From: Novosphingobium sp.
Lineage (GTDB): Bacteria; Pseudomonadota; Alphaproteobacteria; Sphingomonadales; Sphingomonadaceae
DNA: 58,679 nucleotides
Assembly: GCA_046291115.1 (NCBI GenBank)
Contig: JBKBSV010000001.1
Coordinates: 1 to 58,679 of the forward strand
Reading direction: 5' to 3'
Positions within the stretch are counted from its first letter, which is position 1; each line of letters starts with the position of its first letter. The notes below the pieces were generated by a model. That model saw only the letters and a list, made by a program, of their open reading frames with translations, made no database searches and was not told the DNA's origin. A program made the translations under genes and the position numbers. This document shows positions 30,939-42,191 of this stretch, piece after piece.

Positions 30939-31643
30939 GTGGAGCTGACTTTCGCCAGCTATAACATCCACAAGGCCGTCGGGCTGGACCGGCGGCGCGA
31001 TCCGGAACGGATCCTGGCGGTGCTGCACGAGATCGATGCCGATGTGATCGCCCTGCAAGAGGCCGACCGCCGGTTTGGCCGGCGCGCCAGCGTGCTGCCC
31101 AAGGACCTGCTGGGCGACCTGTCTGACTATCGTCCGGTCCGGCTCAACCACCGGCCCGATTCGCTTGGCTGGCACGGCAATGCCCTGCTGGTGAAGCGCG
31201 GGATCAACGTGATCGAGGCAGGGGTGGTGCCGCTGCCCACGCTGGAGCCGCGCGGGGCGGTGCGGGCCGATCTGCTGGTCCATGGCAAGCGGCTGCGGGT
31301 GGCCGGGATGCATCTTGACCTGTCGGGCCTGCGCCGCCGCCAGCAGATCCGCACGGTCCTTTCGCATGTCGAGCGCTGCGGCCCGTCCTGTCCGACCGTG
31401 CTGCTGGGCGATTTCAACGAATGGTCGCTCCACGGCGGCTCGCTGCGCGAATTCCTCTCCCCCTGGCGGGTTCTGGCACCGGGCCGCTCATACCCTTCGC
31501 GCCGACCGATCGCCCAGCTCGACCGCCTGGTGATCTCGCCGGAATGGCAGGTGAATGCGCTGGGTGTCCATCATTCGGCGCTGGCCGCCCGCGCGTCTGA
31601 TCATTTGCCGGTCATGGCCCGGCTGATCCTGCCCAAAAAATAG
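30939..31643 (+). CDS. Endonuclease/exonuclease/phosphatase (EEP) family protein
   Basis: SYNIH, ALQE, GDFNE, LDR, SDHLP. Confidence 0.92.
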   Translation: MELTFASYNIHKAVGLDRRRDPERILAVLHEIDADVIALQEADRRFGRRASVLPKDLLGDLSDYRPVRLNHRPDSLGWHGNALLVKRGINVIEAGVVPLPTLEPRGAVRADLLVHGKRLRVAGMHLDLSGLRRRQQIRTVLSHVERCGPSCPTVLLGDFNEWSLHGGSLREFLSPWRVLAPGRSYPSRRPIAQLDRLVISPEWQVNALGVHHSALAARASDHLPVMARLILPKK

Positions 31644-31745
31644 GTACTGGCGCAACGAGTGGGCGTTTCCGCTCAAAGCTGCACAACCCCGTTTCGCCTG
31701 GATCGCCATTTCACAACAAGATTGCCAGACCGGCACGGGCCTTGC
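31630..31745 (+). promoter_or_regulatory. NtrC-like sites and sigma54 -24/-12 promoter
   Basis: TGCCCAAAAAATAGGTA (31630-31646), GGCGCAACGAGTGGGCG (31649-31665) and CGGCACGGGCCTTGC (31731-31745; GG-N10-GC). Confidence 0.6.
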
Positions 31746-31797
31746 CGCGTCTGTGAAGCCGACACGGGGGGCGGCACGCAAACAGGGGGGCAAGGCC

Positions 31798-31974
31798 GTG
31801 AAAATCATCGCCATGATCAAGCCCTTCAGGCTTGCTGCGGTCCGCGATGCCCTGGGGGCCACCGGCGGGGCTGGCATGACCGTGTCCGAGGCGAAGGGCT
31901 TTGCTTCCGGCATCATCGTCAAGCCGAGCATTGGCCTCAGGGTTTCGCCGGGAGCCGAAGTCGCCGGCTTGGGG
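31798..31974 (+). pseudogene. glnK: glnK'-'amtB deletion scar (P-II N-terminus fused to AmtB C-terminus)
   Basis: VKIIAMIKPFRLAAVRDALGATGGAGMTVSEAKGF (P-II start), then IIVKPSIGLRVSPGAEVAGL (AmtB cytoplasmic tail pattern GLRV..E.E..GLD). Confidence 0.75.
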
Positions 31975-32003
31975 TTCCTGTTTCTTCAAACGCGGCGGCG
32001 GGG

Positions 32004-33002
32004 TCAGCTGAGCGCGGCTTCGCATTCGGCCATCAACCGGGCCATGATCTCTGCCACCGGCTCTTCCCTGGTGACCATGCCGACTGACTGGCCGGCCATG
32101 ACCGAGCCGTTCTCGACATCGCCCTCGATCACCGCGCGGCGCAGGGCGCCGGCCCAGAACTGTTCGATTTCCAGCTGGGCCTGTTCCATGTCGACCTTGC
32201 CGGCATCAAGCAGCGCGGCCACTTCGCGCTGCTTGGCGGTGAATTCCTCGGTGCCCTTGTTCCTGAGCGCGCGGACCGGGATCACCGGCAGGCGCGGATC
32301 GATCTGGACCGAGGCGACCGCGTCGCGGGCATTGGCGCGGAAGAAGGCCTGCTTGAAGGCCGGGTGGGCAATGCTTTCGGTCGCGCAGGCGAACCGGGTG
32401 CCAAGCTGCACGCCCGATGCGCCCATTTCCAGATAGGCGGCAATCATGTCGCCCTGGCCGATCCCGCCAGCCACGAAGACCACGAACTCATCGCCCAGCG
32501 CGGGCAGGAATTCCTGTGCCAGCACCGACGTGGCGACCGGACCGATATGGCCGCCGGCTTCGCTGCCCTCGATCACCAGGGCATCGGCGCCGCTGCGCAG
32601 CAGGCGGGTGGCGAGGGCCAGGGTCGGGGCAAAGACCAGCACTCTTGCGCCGAACGCCTTGATCGCCTCGACACTGCCCTTCGGCGGAATGCCCCCGGCC
32701 AGCACCACGTGGCTGACCTGGTGCCTGGCGCAGACCGCGATCAGATCGGACAGCTGCGGGTGCATGGTGATGAGGTTGACGCCAAAGGGCCGCGCGGTCA
32801 GCGCCCTGGTTGCCGCGATTTCGGCGTCGAGCAGGTCCGGCGTCATCGCCCCGCAGGCAATCACGCCGAAACCGCCGGCATTGGAAATGGCCGAAACGAG
32901 ATGGCGTTCCGAAACCCAGCTCATCGCGCCGCACAGGATCGCGTGTTCGGTGCCGAGGAAGTCGCGGCCGCGCTGCATCAGCGTGTGGGTCTTGTCGTAC
33001 AC
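32004..33002 (-). CDS. Nitronate monooxygenase / FabK-like flavin oxidoreductase
   Basis: GAMSWVS, PFGVNL, EGSEAGGHIG, AGGI, GVQLGTRF, MAGQSVG. Confidence 0.92.
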   Translation of the reverse strand: MYDKTHTLMQRGRDFLGTEHAILCGAMSWVSERHLVSAISNAGGFGVIACGAMTPDLLDAEIAATRALTARPFGVNLITMHPQLSDLIAVCARHQVSHVVLAGGIPPKGSVEAIKAFGARVLVFAPTLALATRLLRSGADALVIEGSEAGGHIGPVATSVLAQEFLPALGDEFVVFVAGGIGQGDMIAAYLEMGASGVQLGTRFACATESIAHPAFKQAFFRANARDAVASVQIDPRLPVIPVRALRNKGTEEFTAKQREVAALLDAGKVDMEQAQLEIEQFWAGALRRAVIEGDVENGSVMAGQSVGMVTREEPVAEIMARLMAECEAALS

Positions 33003-33134
33003 TCGGCTTCCCCCGGTTGTCGTAGCGTCCGGGGGCTTTAGGCGGCAGTGGCCGCCGCCGCAACCCGCCGAGGTGAGAAAAAATCGGATGAAACGATCAT
33101 AGAAACGATATTAATCGTCTTAGGCGCATAATGA

Positions 33135-35336
<2,202 letters not shown>

Positions 35337-35363
35337 GGAACGCCAGGCAGACCGGCCGGGGGC

Positions 35364-35384
35364 GGCATCCCATCACGGGGTGCC
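35364..35384. terminator. Hairpin downstream of katG
   Basis: GGCATCCC-ATCAC-GGGGTGCC. Confidence 0.5.
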
Positions 35385-35447
35385 GGCCCGATGCTTGCGG
35401 TGTGGCGGTGGTGTGCCATCGGTCGATCACTGTGGGCACCCTTGTCC

Positions 35448-35473
35448 GTTGATTGTCTGTTGATTGTCTGTTG
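35448..35473. repeat. 11-bp tandem repeat
   Basis: GTTGATTGTCT twice plus GTTG. Confidence 0.75.
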
Positions 35474-35625
35474 GCCAGGAACGCTGGTCCTGCCTGCTGC
35501 TCGCTGTTCTTGTCCCCCGACCATAGCGACGGCATGGTCCACCCCACTTGCTCCGAAGCTTGTGACCGCGCACCAGCACCGGAACGGCGCAACCAGCAGA
35601 TGACAGCAGCTTGCGGCGCGGCAGA

Positions 35626-36906
35626 TCAGGCCGCTGCGTCGTCCGCGTCGAGCCCGTAGGCAGAATGCAGGACCCGCACGGCCAGTTCGGTCTCGTCCTC
35701 GTCGATCAGCACCGATACCTTGATTTCCGAAGTGGAGATCGCCTGGATGTTGATGCCGCGATCGGCCATCGCCCTGAACATGGTCGCGGCAACGCCCGCG
35801 TGGCTTTTCATGCCGACGCCAACCACGCTGATCTTGGCAACCTTGCCGTCGGTGATGATCCGGTTGTAGCCGATCGCCTCCTTCTGCGCTTCCAGCAGGG
35901 TCTGGGCGCGCAGCAGATCGGCGCTTGGGACAGTGAAGGTCACGTCGGTCTCGCCCTTGTCGCGCCCGACGTTCTGAATGATCATGTCGACATTGATATT
36001 GGCCGCGGCCAGCGGGCCGAAGATCGTGGCGACCGCGCCGGGCCGGTCGGGAACGCGGGTCAGGATCACCTTGGCTTCGTTCTTGTCGGCGGCGATGCCG
36101 GTGATGAGCTGGCGTTCCATGTCCAAGTTCTCCATCATTTTGGCCAATTCTTCATCGCTGACAATCAGCGTGCCGGGGATTTCGTCAGCCGGGGCGCTAT
36201 CGTCATCGATGAAGCTGGAAAGCACCTGCACACGCACCCCTGCCTTCATTGCCAGACTGACCGAGCGGGTCTGCAGCACCTTGGATCCGACCGAGGCGAG
36301 TTCCAGCATTTCCTCGTAAGTCACGGCCTTGAGCTTGCGGGCCTTGGTCACGATCCGGGGGTCGGTGGTATAGACCCCGTCGACATCGGTGTAGATGTCA
36401 CAGCGGTCCGCGCCGATCGCGGCGGCGACTGCCACGGCCGAGGTATCCGAACCGCCGCGGCCCAGGGTGGTCACCCGGCCGCCGTCGGTCACGCCCTGGA
36501 AACCCGGGATCACGGCGATTTCGCCAGCCGCCATGCTGGCCAGCAGGGCTTGGCTCTCGATCTCGCCGATCCGGGCCTTGGCATGGGCATTGTCGGTGCG
36601 GATCGGCAACTGCCAGCCGAGCCACGAGCGCGCCTGGCAGCCCAGTGCCTGCAGGGTCAGCGCAAGCAGGCCGGATGTGACTTGCTCGCCACTGGCGACG
36701 ACCACGTCATACTCGGCGGGGTCAAAAAGCGGATTGGCCTCGCGGCAAAAGTTCACCAGCCGGTCGGTCTCTCCCGCCATGGCGGAAACAACCACGGCCA
36801 CCTCGTGTCCGGCCGCCTGCTGGCGGCGCACGATATTGGCGACCCGGCGGATCCGTTCAGACCCGGCCATCGAAGTGCCGCCGAATTTCATCACGATGCG
36901 GGCCAA
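35626..36906 (-). CDS. lysC: Aspartate kinase
   Basis: MKFGGTS, VVSAM, TLGRGGSDTSAVA, TDVDGVYTTDPR, ACT domains. Confidence 0.97.
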   Translation of the reverse strand: MARIVMKFGGTSMAGSERIRRVANIVRRQQAAGHEVAVVVSAMAGETDRLVNFCREANPLFDPAEYDVVVASGEQVTSGLLALTLQALGCQARSWLGWQLPIRTDNAHAKARIGEIESQALLASMAAGEIAVIPGFQGVTDGGRVTTLGRGGSDTSAVAVAAAIGADRCDIYTDVDGVYTTDPRIVTKARKLKAVTYEEMLELASVGSKVLQTRSVSLAMKAGVRVQVLSSFIDDDSAPADEIPGTLIVSDEELAKMMENLDMERQLITGIAADKNEAKVILTRVPDRPGAVATIFGPLAAANINVDMIIQNVGRDKGETDVTFTVPSADLLRAQTLLEAQKEAIGYNRIITDGKVAKISVVGVGMKSHAGVAATMFRAMADRGINIQAISTSEIKVSVLIDEDETELAVRVLHSAYGLDADDAAA

Positions 36907-36980
36907 GGGCGCCAGCTCCTGCAACAATCTTGCGCGCAGAATCCCTCGCCCTGCGGCGGGCGCCCTGTTAGATAGGCGGC

Positions 36981-37718
36981 ATGGCTAATGCAAGTTCAAC
37001 TGCGACGATCCGGCCCCAAGAGGCGGCCCATTTTGGTCAACTGGCCGCCGACTGGTGGGATCCAAAGGGATCATCGGCCATGCTCCACCGGTTGAATCCC
37101 GTGCGGCTTGGCTTCATCCGGGCGGCGATCGACGCCCACTGGAATACGGATTCGCGCGGGGTGCGCCCGCTGGCGGGAAAGCGTGCGCTTGATGTCGGCT
37201 GCGGCGCGGGCCTGCTGTGCGAACCGCTGGCCCGGCTGGGCGCGGCGGTAACGGGAGTTGATGCCGCCCAAGAGAACATTGCCACGGCCAGCGCCCACGC
37301 CGCCGGGGCCGGTCTGGCCATTGACTATCGCTGCGGCGATGTCGCGCAGCTTGGGTTGCAAGACTTCGATCTCGTCACCTCGATGGAAGTAATCGAACAT
37401 GTGGCCGACAAGGCGGCGTTTCTGGCCGCCTTGGCCATGGCGCTCGCACCGGGCGGGCTGATGATCCTGTCCACGCCCAACCGCACGGCAAAGTCCCGCT
37501 TGCTGATGGTCGAGGCGGCCGAGCGGATCGGCATGGTCCCGCGCGGCACCCATCACTGGGACGATTTCGTGACGCCGGATGAACTGGCCGATCTGCTGTC
37601 CGCGGCAGGGCTGAGCATGGGCAAACCCACCGGGATTGCCTGGTCCCCCGCCAAGGGCCTGCATCTGTCCGACGATCTGTCATTGAATTACATCGTCACG
37701 GTGGCCGCCGCCGATTGA
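36981..37718 (+). CDS. ubiG: Ubiquinone biosynthesis O-methyltransferase
   Basis: WWDPKG...LHRLNPVR, LDVGCGAGLL, MEVIEHV, GTHHW. Confidence 0.96.
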   Translation: MANASSTATIRPQEAAHFGQLAADWWDPKGSSAMLHRLNPVRLGFIRAAIDAHWNTDSRGVRPLAGKRALDVGCGAGLLCEPLARLGAAVTGVDAAQENIATASAHAAGAGLAIDYRCGDVAQLGLQDFDLVTSMEVIEHVADKAAFLAALAMALAPGGLMILSTPNRTAKSRLLMVEAAERIGMVPRGTHHWDDFVTPDELADLLSAAGLSMGKPTGIAWSPAKGLHLSDDLSLNYIVTVAAAD

Positions 37719-37798
37719 CGGATTGTGCCAAGTCACCGGCCGGTGCGACCTGCTAGGGAGGACTTCATCGGTTCCGCTTGCGAAAGGTCATCTGGCTG

Positions 37799-39508
37799 AT
37801 GCGTCTGCTGTTCAGGCTTGTTGCGGCTTTGCTGCCGTTGTTTGCGCTCAATTCGGTGTCCCGGGCCGATATTCCGGTTCCCGATGTCGCCTATTGCTCA
37901 TTGATCGCCTGGAGCGGGGAACGGTTTCCGGACGGGCGCTGCGAGCGGCTGCATTCCGAACGGATCTTCTGGCGCGGGCAGAACTCCGAGCTGATCCTGA
38001 TGGTGGAAAGCGAAGCGCGCGGCGGGATTTCCCGCTCGCGGCAGGGCGAACTCCGGCGGATGCTGGGCGAAGTGGCGCGCGGGGTCGGGCCGGCTTTCGG
38101 CCGGCTGGCTCCGCTTGAACTTTCCGCCACCATTCATGTCATAATCGTCAATGACGCGGGGCCGGTCGGGGCAAGAGCGGAAACCGTCTGGCGCACCGAC
38201 AACGGCCAGCGCGATTGTCCGATCATCCTTTACAACAATGCGGCGCTTGATACGGGTGCGCTGGCCCGCACCATCGCGCACGAGATATTCCACTGCGCGC
38301 AATACCGCAGTGTGCCGGAAAAGCTGACCGGTGATGAGGCCCCCCGCTGGTGGATGGAGGGGAGCGCCGAGTGGTTTGAAGACCTGGCCCTGCCGCACCT
38401 GCACGCAGCCAGCGATACCGGCGATGCGGTCATCACTTTTGGCACGCGTGCCAGCACCACGTCGTTGCTCGATCTGCGCTATGCCAATGTCGTGCTGTTC
38501 AGCTGGCTTGGCGCAGAGCGCATTCCAGGCTTCATCGCGGCCATGGCCAACGGCGACGAGCCTCAGATCGCCGGCGCGCGCCGCGCGCTTTCCGATGCGC
38601 ATTGGCTGCGCTTCGCCCGTGATTTCGCCGACGAGCGGATCGTTCTTCCCGGCGGGCTGGCGGTGGCCGGACCGACCTATGGTCCACGCTGGACTGAATT
38701 GCATCGCACAACCGGGATGGTCGGCGAGCGGCCGCACGAAAGCGGCGAGTACCGACCGCTGACCTTGATCTACGGACAGGTCTGGTTCGTTCCTGGCCAT
38801 TATCGGCCCAATGGCACTTTCGGCACGCTGGGCGATGTATTCTCGCAGCGCGCGGGTGAATGGGGGCTGTTGCCCACCCCGCTTTCGGTGAACTGCGGCG
38901 GCGAGCGCAAGTTCCGGATGGCCGCGATCGGCACGCGGGCCATGCGCCTGCGGATCGCACCCGGAACATACCGCGCCGAACCGGCGAACTGTGCCTGCCC
39001 GCAGGGCAGCTGGACTATCAACGAGAGTGATCTGGAGGAAAGCTTCCGTCCGGGCCCGGATTGGACGCTGGTCAGCCACGGCCAGGTTTTCATGCAGTTC
39101 AATCCGGACGGAACTGCCCATTTCAAGGCATTGCAGATGCGGTTTCGCGGCCCGACGCGGACCACGGGCCGGATGACCACCACGCATGAAATTGTCCGCG
39201 ATGCCGAGTACTTCCTGACCTGGCGGCGCGAGGGCGGCGCTTTGAGTTTTGCCAAGTCCCGTCCGTCGCTGACCCGGGAAACCTCCACCACCTCGATCCG
39301 CTCCGACCTGCTCAACAGCACCCAAACCAAGCCTTCACGGTGGCGTGAGGTCGAGGTCGACAATTTTGCCGGCGAGTTGATGGCCTTCACCTGCAGCGGC
39401 AACAGCCTGATCATCCGCGAGCCGGGCAAGCTTGCGCAAGACCGCACTGCCGGCAACCGCAAGCGCCGGGTGTGGTACCCGTGGTACGGAACCTACGTGC
39501 GGATGTAG
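37799..39508 (+). CDS. Secreted HExxH (gluzincin-like) protein of unknown family
   Basis: Signal-like N-terminus; TIAHEIFHCAQ followed by WWMEGSAEW. Confidence 0.7.
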   Translation: MRLLFRLVAALLPLFALNSVSRADIPVPDVAYCSLIAWSGERFPDGRCERLHSERIFWRGQNSELILMVESEARGGISRSRQGELRRMLGEVARGVGPAFGRLAPLELSATIHVIIVNDAGPVGARAETVWRTDNGQRDCPIILYNNAALDTGALARTIAHEIFHCAQYRSVPEKLTGDEAPRWWMEGSAEWFEDLALPHLHAASDTGDAVITFGTRASTTSLLDLRYANVVLFSWLGAERIPGFIAAMANGDEPQIAGARRALSDAHWLRFARDFADERIVLPGGLAVAGPTYGPRWTELHRTTGMVGERPHESGEYRPLTLIYGQVWFVPGHYRPNGTFGTLGDVFSQRAGEWGLLPTPLSVNCGGERKFRMAAIGTRAMRLRIAPGTYRAEPANCACPQGSWTINESDLEESFRPGPDWTLVSHGQVFMQFNPDGTAHFKALQMRFRGPTRTTGRMTTTHEIVRDAEYFLTWRREGGALSFAKSRPSLTRETSTTSIRSDLLNSTQTKPSRWREVEVDNFAGELMAFTCSGNSLIIREPGKLAQDRTAGNRKRRVWYPWYGTYVRM

Positions 39509-40005
39509 GGCATGAGCGCCGCGCGGGTTGTTGCCTCACGCTCGTCCCAGGTGCCGGCGATCCGGGTGAAGGGGACACGGGCCCGCACCAGCATGGCCTC
39601 GGTCACTGCGGCAAAGCGGGCCCGCTCGGCCGCCGTGCCGAACAGGCGGGTGCCAGCTTCCACCCATGGCACGTCCGCTTCGAACAGCAGGTAAAGAGCA
39701 GCCTTGGGGTAAGCCAGCAGCTCTGTCGGCACCGTGCCGAACAGCATTTCGGCCCAGGCGGCGGTCATCAGCGGATCGGTATCGAGCAGGCACAGCGCCG
39801 CGCCGGTTTGCTCCACCGCGCGCACCGCAGCCTCGTGCCCGGCGGCAATCGCCAGCAGGTCGGCCATGGTGAACCGGGTGCCGTGCGCCTCGGCATAGTC
39901 GCGCCCGTATTCCGTTACCAGCGGCAGGCCAAGTTCTGCCGCCAGCCTGGTCGAGAGTAGCGACTTGCCGGTGCTTTCCGCGCCGTGAAAGCAGATCCGG
40001 ATCAT
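39493..40005 (-). CDS. NadR-type (AAA_28) ribosylnicotinamide-kinase-like ATPase
   Basis: ICFHGAESTGKS, EYGR, DTD, DVPWV..GTR. Confidence 0.88.
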   Translation of the reverse strand: MIRICFHGAESTGKSLLSTRLAAELGLPLVTEYGRDYAEAHGTRFTMADLLAIAAGHEAAVRAVEQTGAALCLLDTDPLMTAAWAEMLFGTVPTELLAYPKAALYLLFEADVPWVEAGTRLFGTAAERARFAAVTEAMLVRARVPFTRIAGTWDEREATTRAALMPYIRT

Positions 40006-40604
40006 GCGCCCTGCCGCTGGCGCCGTTCCACCGCGATCCATTCGCGCAGGCCGAACAGGCTCATCACCAGCATCCCGCCATAGAGCCCGGCGGTCGGATA
40101 GAGCCCGCGGTTGATATAGAGCAGCACTGCGCCGATATCGATCGTGATCCACAGCACCCAGTTCTCGATCCGGCGCAGCCCCAGCAGCACTTGCGCGGCA
40201 ACGCTGGCTCCGGCGATCGCGCTGTCGGCAAAGGGCATGGCCGCATCGGTATAGCGGTGCAGCAGCCAGCCGAGGTTGAGGCTGATCGCGGCCGTCACCG
40301 CCAGCCACACGGCCCGGCTGGTCCAGTCGAGCCAGTGGACTGCAACCCGCTCGCGATCCTCACCCCGCGCCAGCGAACGGCGCCAGACGATCCAGCCCCA
40401 GACATTGGCCAGCACGAAGAACACCTGCAGGGCGCTTTCGGCATAGAGGCGGCTTTCGAAGAAGATAAAAATGAACAGCGATACCGAGGCGATCGCGAAG
40501 GCAAAGTTCCATTGCGAGCGGAAGATCAGCAGGGCGATGTTGATCAGGCCCAGTCCGGCCGCAATCCATTCCAGGGTCTTGATCGTGGCGGGATCGATCA
40601 TCAT
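40002..40604 (-). CDS. pnuC: Nicotinamide riboside transporter
   Basis: LYAESALQVFF...GW..W, PFADS, AQVLL...RIENWVLWI..D. Confidence 0.93.
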   Translation of the reverse strand: MMIDPATIKTLEWIAAGLGLINIALLIFRSQWNFAFAIASVSLFIFIFFESRLYAESALQVFFVLANVWGWIVWRRSLARGEDRERVAVHWLDWTSRAVWLAVTAAISLNLGWLLHRYTDAAMPFADSAIAGASVAAQVLLGLRRIENWVLWITIDIGAVLLYINRGLYPTAGLYGGMLVMSLFGLREWIAVERRQRQGA

Positions 40605-41479
40605 CGCCGCACCGCAATGGCGCCGGGGTTGTCGGTGAACACGCCGTCGATTCCGGCCGCGCGGATCAACTGCCAGGCGCGGGCAAAGTCGCCCGGCGCA
40701 TCGGGATCGCTGCCCAGCCGCAGCAGCGGCGGCAGGAAGCGGTTTTCCAGCCGCAGGGTCCAGGCATGGACCTTGAGGCCGGCAGCATGGGCCATGCCGA
40801 CCAGCGGCGTGGCCTTGCCATCTGGCCCCAGCAGCAGCGGCAGTTCGGCCCCGATCCCGTCGGCATAGGCGGCAATCGCGGCCAGCCCTGCGCGGCTCAG
40901 CATGGCGCGGTAGGTGGTGCCGGCCCGGTCCAGCTCGGCCACCAGCAGCGCCGGGGTGTCGAGGCCGCGCGTGGCGAGATAGGCGGGGTGTTTCAGTTCG
41001 GGATAGAGGCCGATCCGCCGGCCGGTTTCGGCTTCCTTGGCGCGGACCAGCGCGATCACTTCGGCCAGGGTCGGCACCGGATAAAGGCCGTCGAACCGGG
41101 TGTTGGCCCGGCGCACTTCGGGCAGCCGCTCACGCGCTCGCAGGGTGCGCAGTTCGGCCAGGGTGAAATCCTCGACAAACCAGCCGGTGACCTGCTCCCC
41201 GTCGATCGTGCGGGTCGCCTTGCGGTGCGCGAACTCCGGGCGGCTGGCGACATCGGTGGTGCCGGAAATCTCATTCTCGTGCCGGGCCACCAGCACACCG
41301 TCGCGGGTGGCGACAAGGTCCGGCTCGACATAGTCCGCACCCTGGTCGATCGCCCGCTCATAGGCGGCCAGGGTGTGCTCGGGCCGCTCGCCGCTTGCCC
41401 CGCGATGGGCAATGACGATTGTCGCCCCGGCCGGGACGGCCAGCGCCATGGCGGCCAGCGCCACCAGCCAGCCCTTCAT
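40601..41479 (-). CDS. Secreted glycerophosphodiester phosphodiesterase (apparent internal deletion)
   Basis: IAHRGASGERPEHT, VEPDL, RHE, YPELKHP, HAWT, GVFTD; central FIQSF strand not seen. Confidence 0.85.
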   Translation of the reverse strand: MKGWLVALAAMALAVPAGATIVIAHRGASGERPEHTLAAYERAIDQGADYVEPDLVATRDGVLVARHENEISGTTDVASRPEFAHRKATRTIDGEQVTGWFVEDFTLAELRTLRARERLPEVRRANTRFDGLYPVPTLAEVIALVRAKEAETGRRIGLYPELKHPAYLATRGLDTPALLVAELDRAGTTYRAMLSRAGLAAIAAYADGIGAELPLLLGPDGKATPLVGMAHAAGLKVHAWTLRLENRFLPPLLRLGSDPDAPGDFARAWQLIRAAGIDGVFTDNPGAIAVRR

Positions 41480-41814
41480 AGCGCCGCAGCCCACTCGTCG
41501 GGTTTGAAGCCGACCAGCAGGCCGCCGGGATGTTCAAGGATCGGGCGCTTGATGCAGCTGGGATTGGCCGCCATCACTGCCACGGCCTTTGCGGCATCAA
41601 GATCGGCCTTGTCGGCATCGGGCAGCTTCTTGAACGTGGTCCCGGCGCGGTTCAGCACCTTTTCCCACCCGGCCGCTTCGCACCAGGCGGCCAGTTGCGC
41701 CGGATCGGCCCCGGCCTTCTTGTAATCATGGAAGGTGTAGGCAAGGCCTTGCCCATCCAGCCAGGTGCGGGCCTTCTTCACCGTGTCGCAGTTGGGGATG
41801 CCATAAAGGATCAT
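41476..41814 (-). CDS. ArsC/YffB-family protein
   Basis: YGIPNCDTVKKA, FHDY, IKRP, LVGF. Confidence 0.93.
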   Translation of the reverse strand: MILYGIPNCDTVKKARTWLDGQGLAYTFHDYKKAGADPAQLAAWCEAAGWEKVLNRAGTTFKKLPDADKADLDAAKAVAVMAANPSCIKRPILEHPGGLLVGFKPDEWAAAL

Positions 41815-42191
41815 TGGGCCTGCTCCATTTGCGCCAGGTCCGCGCGGATGCCTTGCTGCAGATTGTTCAGTTCGATCACCGCATCGTTCATCTTCTGGAA
41901 CGCGGCCATGTGGGCCTGTTGGTCACCGCTCTGTCCGATCCGGTTGTTGCTCTCGGTCAGGCCCGGCAGATCGCGGGTCAGCGCGGTGATCCGATCCAGC
42001 GCGGCGAGCTGCTTGTCCGTGCAGCCGGTCCGGTCCAGCGCGGCATAGGCGCGGTGGTTGAAATCATCGCCGGGTGCGGCCGCGATATCGCGGGCGGCGG
42101 CAAGGCGCTTTTGGCAGGCCAGTTCGGGGCTTTCCCCGCTGGCGCAGCCCGGCAGCAGCAGGATCGCGGCAAGGGCACAGGCGCGGATCAT
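41811..42191 (-). CDS. Hypothetical helical lipoprotein
   Basis: Lipobox LPGC; 4-nt overlaps with both neighbours. Confidence 0.75.
   Translation of the reverse strand: MIRACALAAILLLPGCASGESPELACQKRLAAARDIAAAPGDDFNHRAYAALDRTGCTDKQLAALDRITALTRDLPGLTESNNRIGQSGDQQAHMAAFQKMNDAVIELNNLQQGIRADLAQMEQAQ

Noticed and set aside
31753-32436. 227-aa ORF as a real protein
   Set aside because: Only the first ~70 codons carry gene-like signal; the rest is antisense to the oxidoreductase gene
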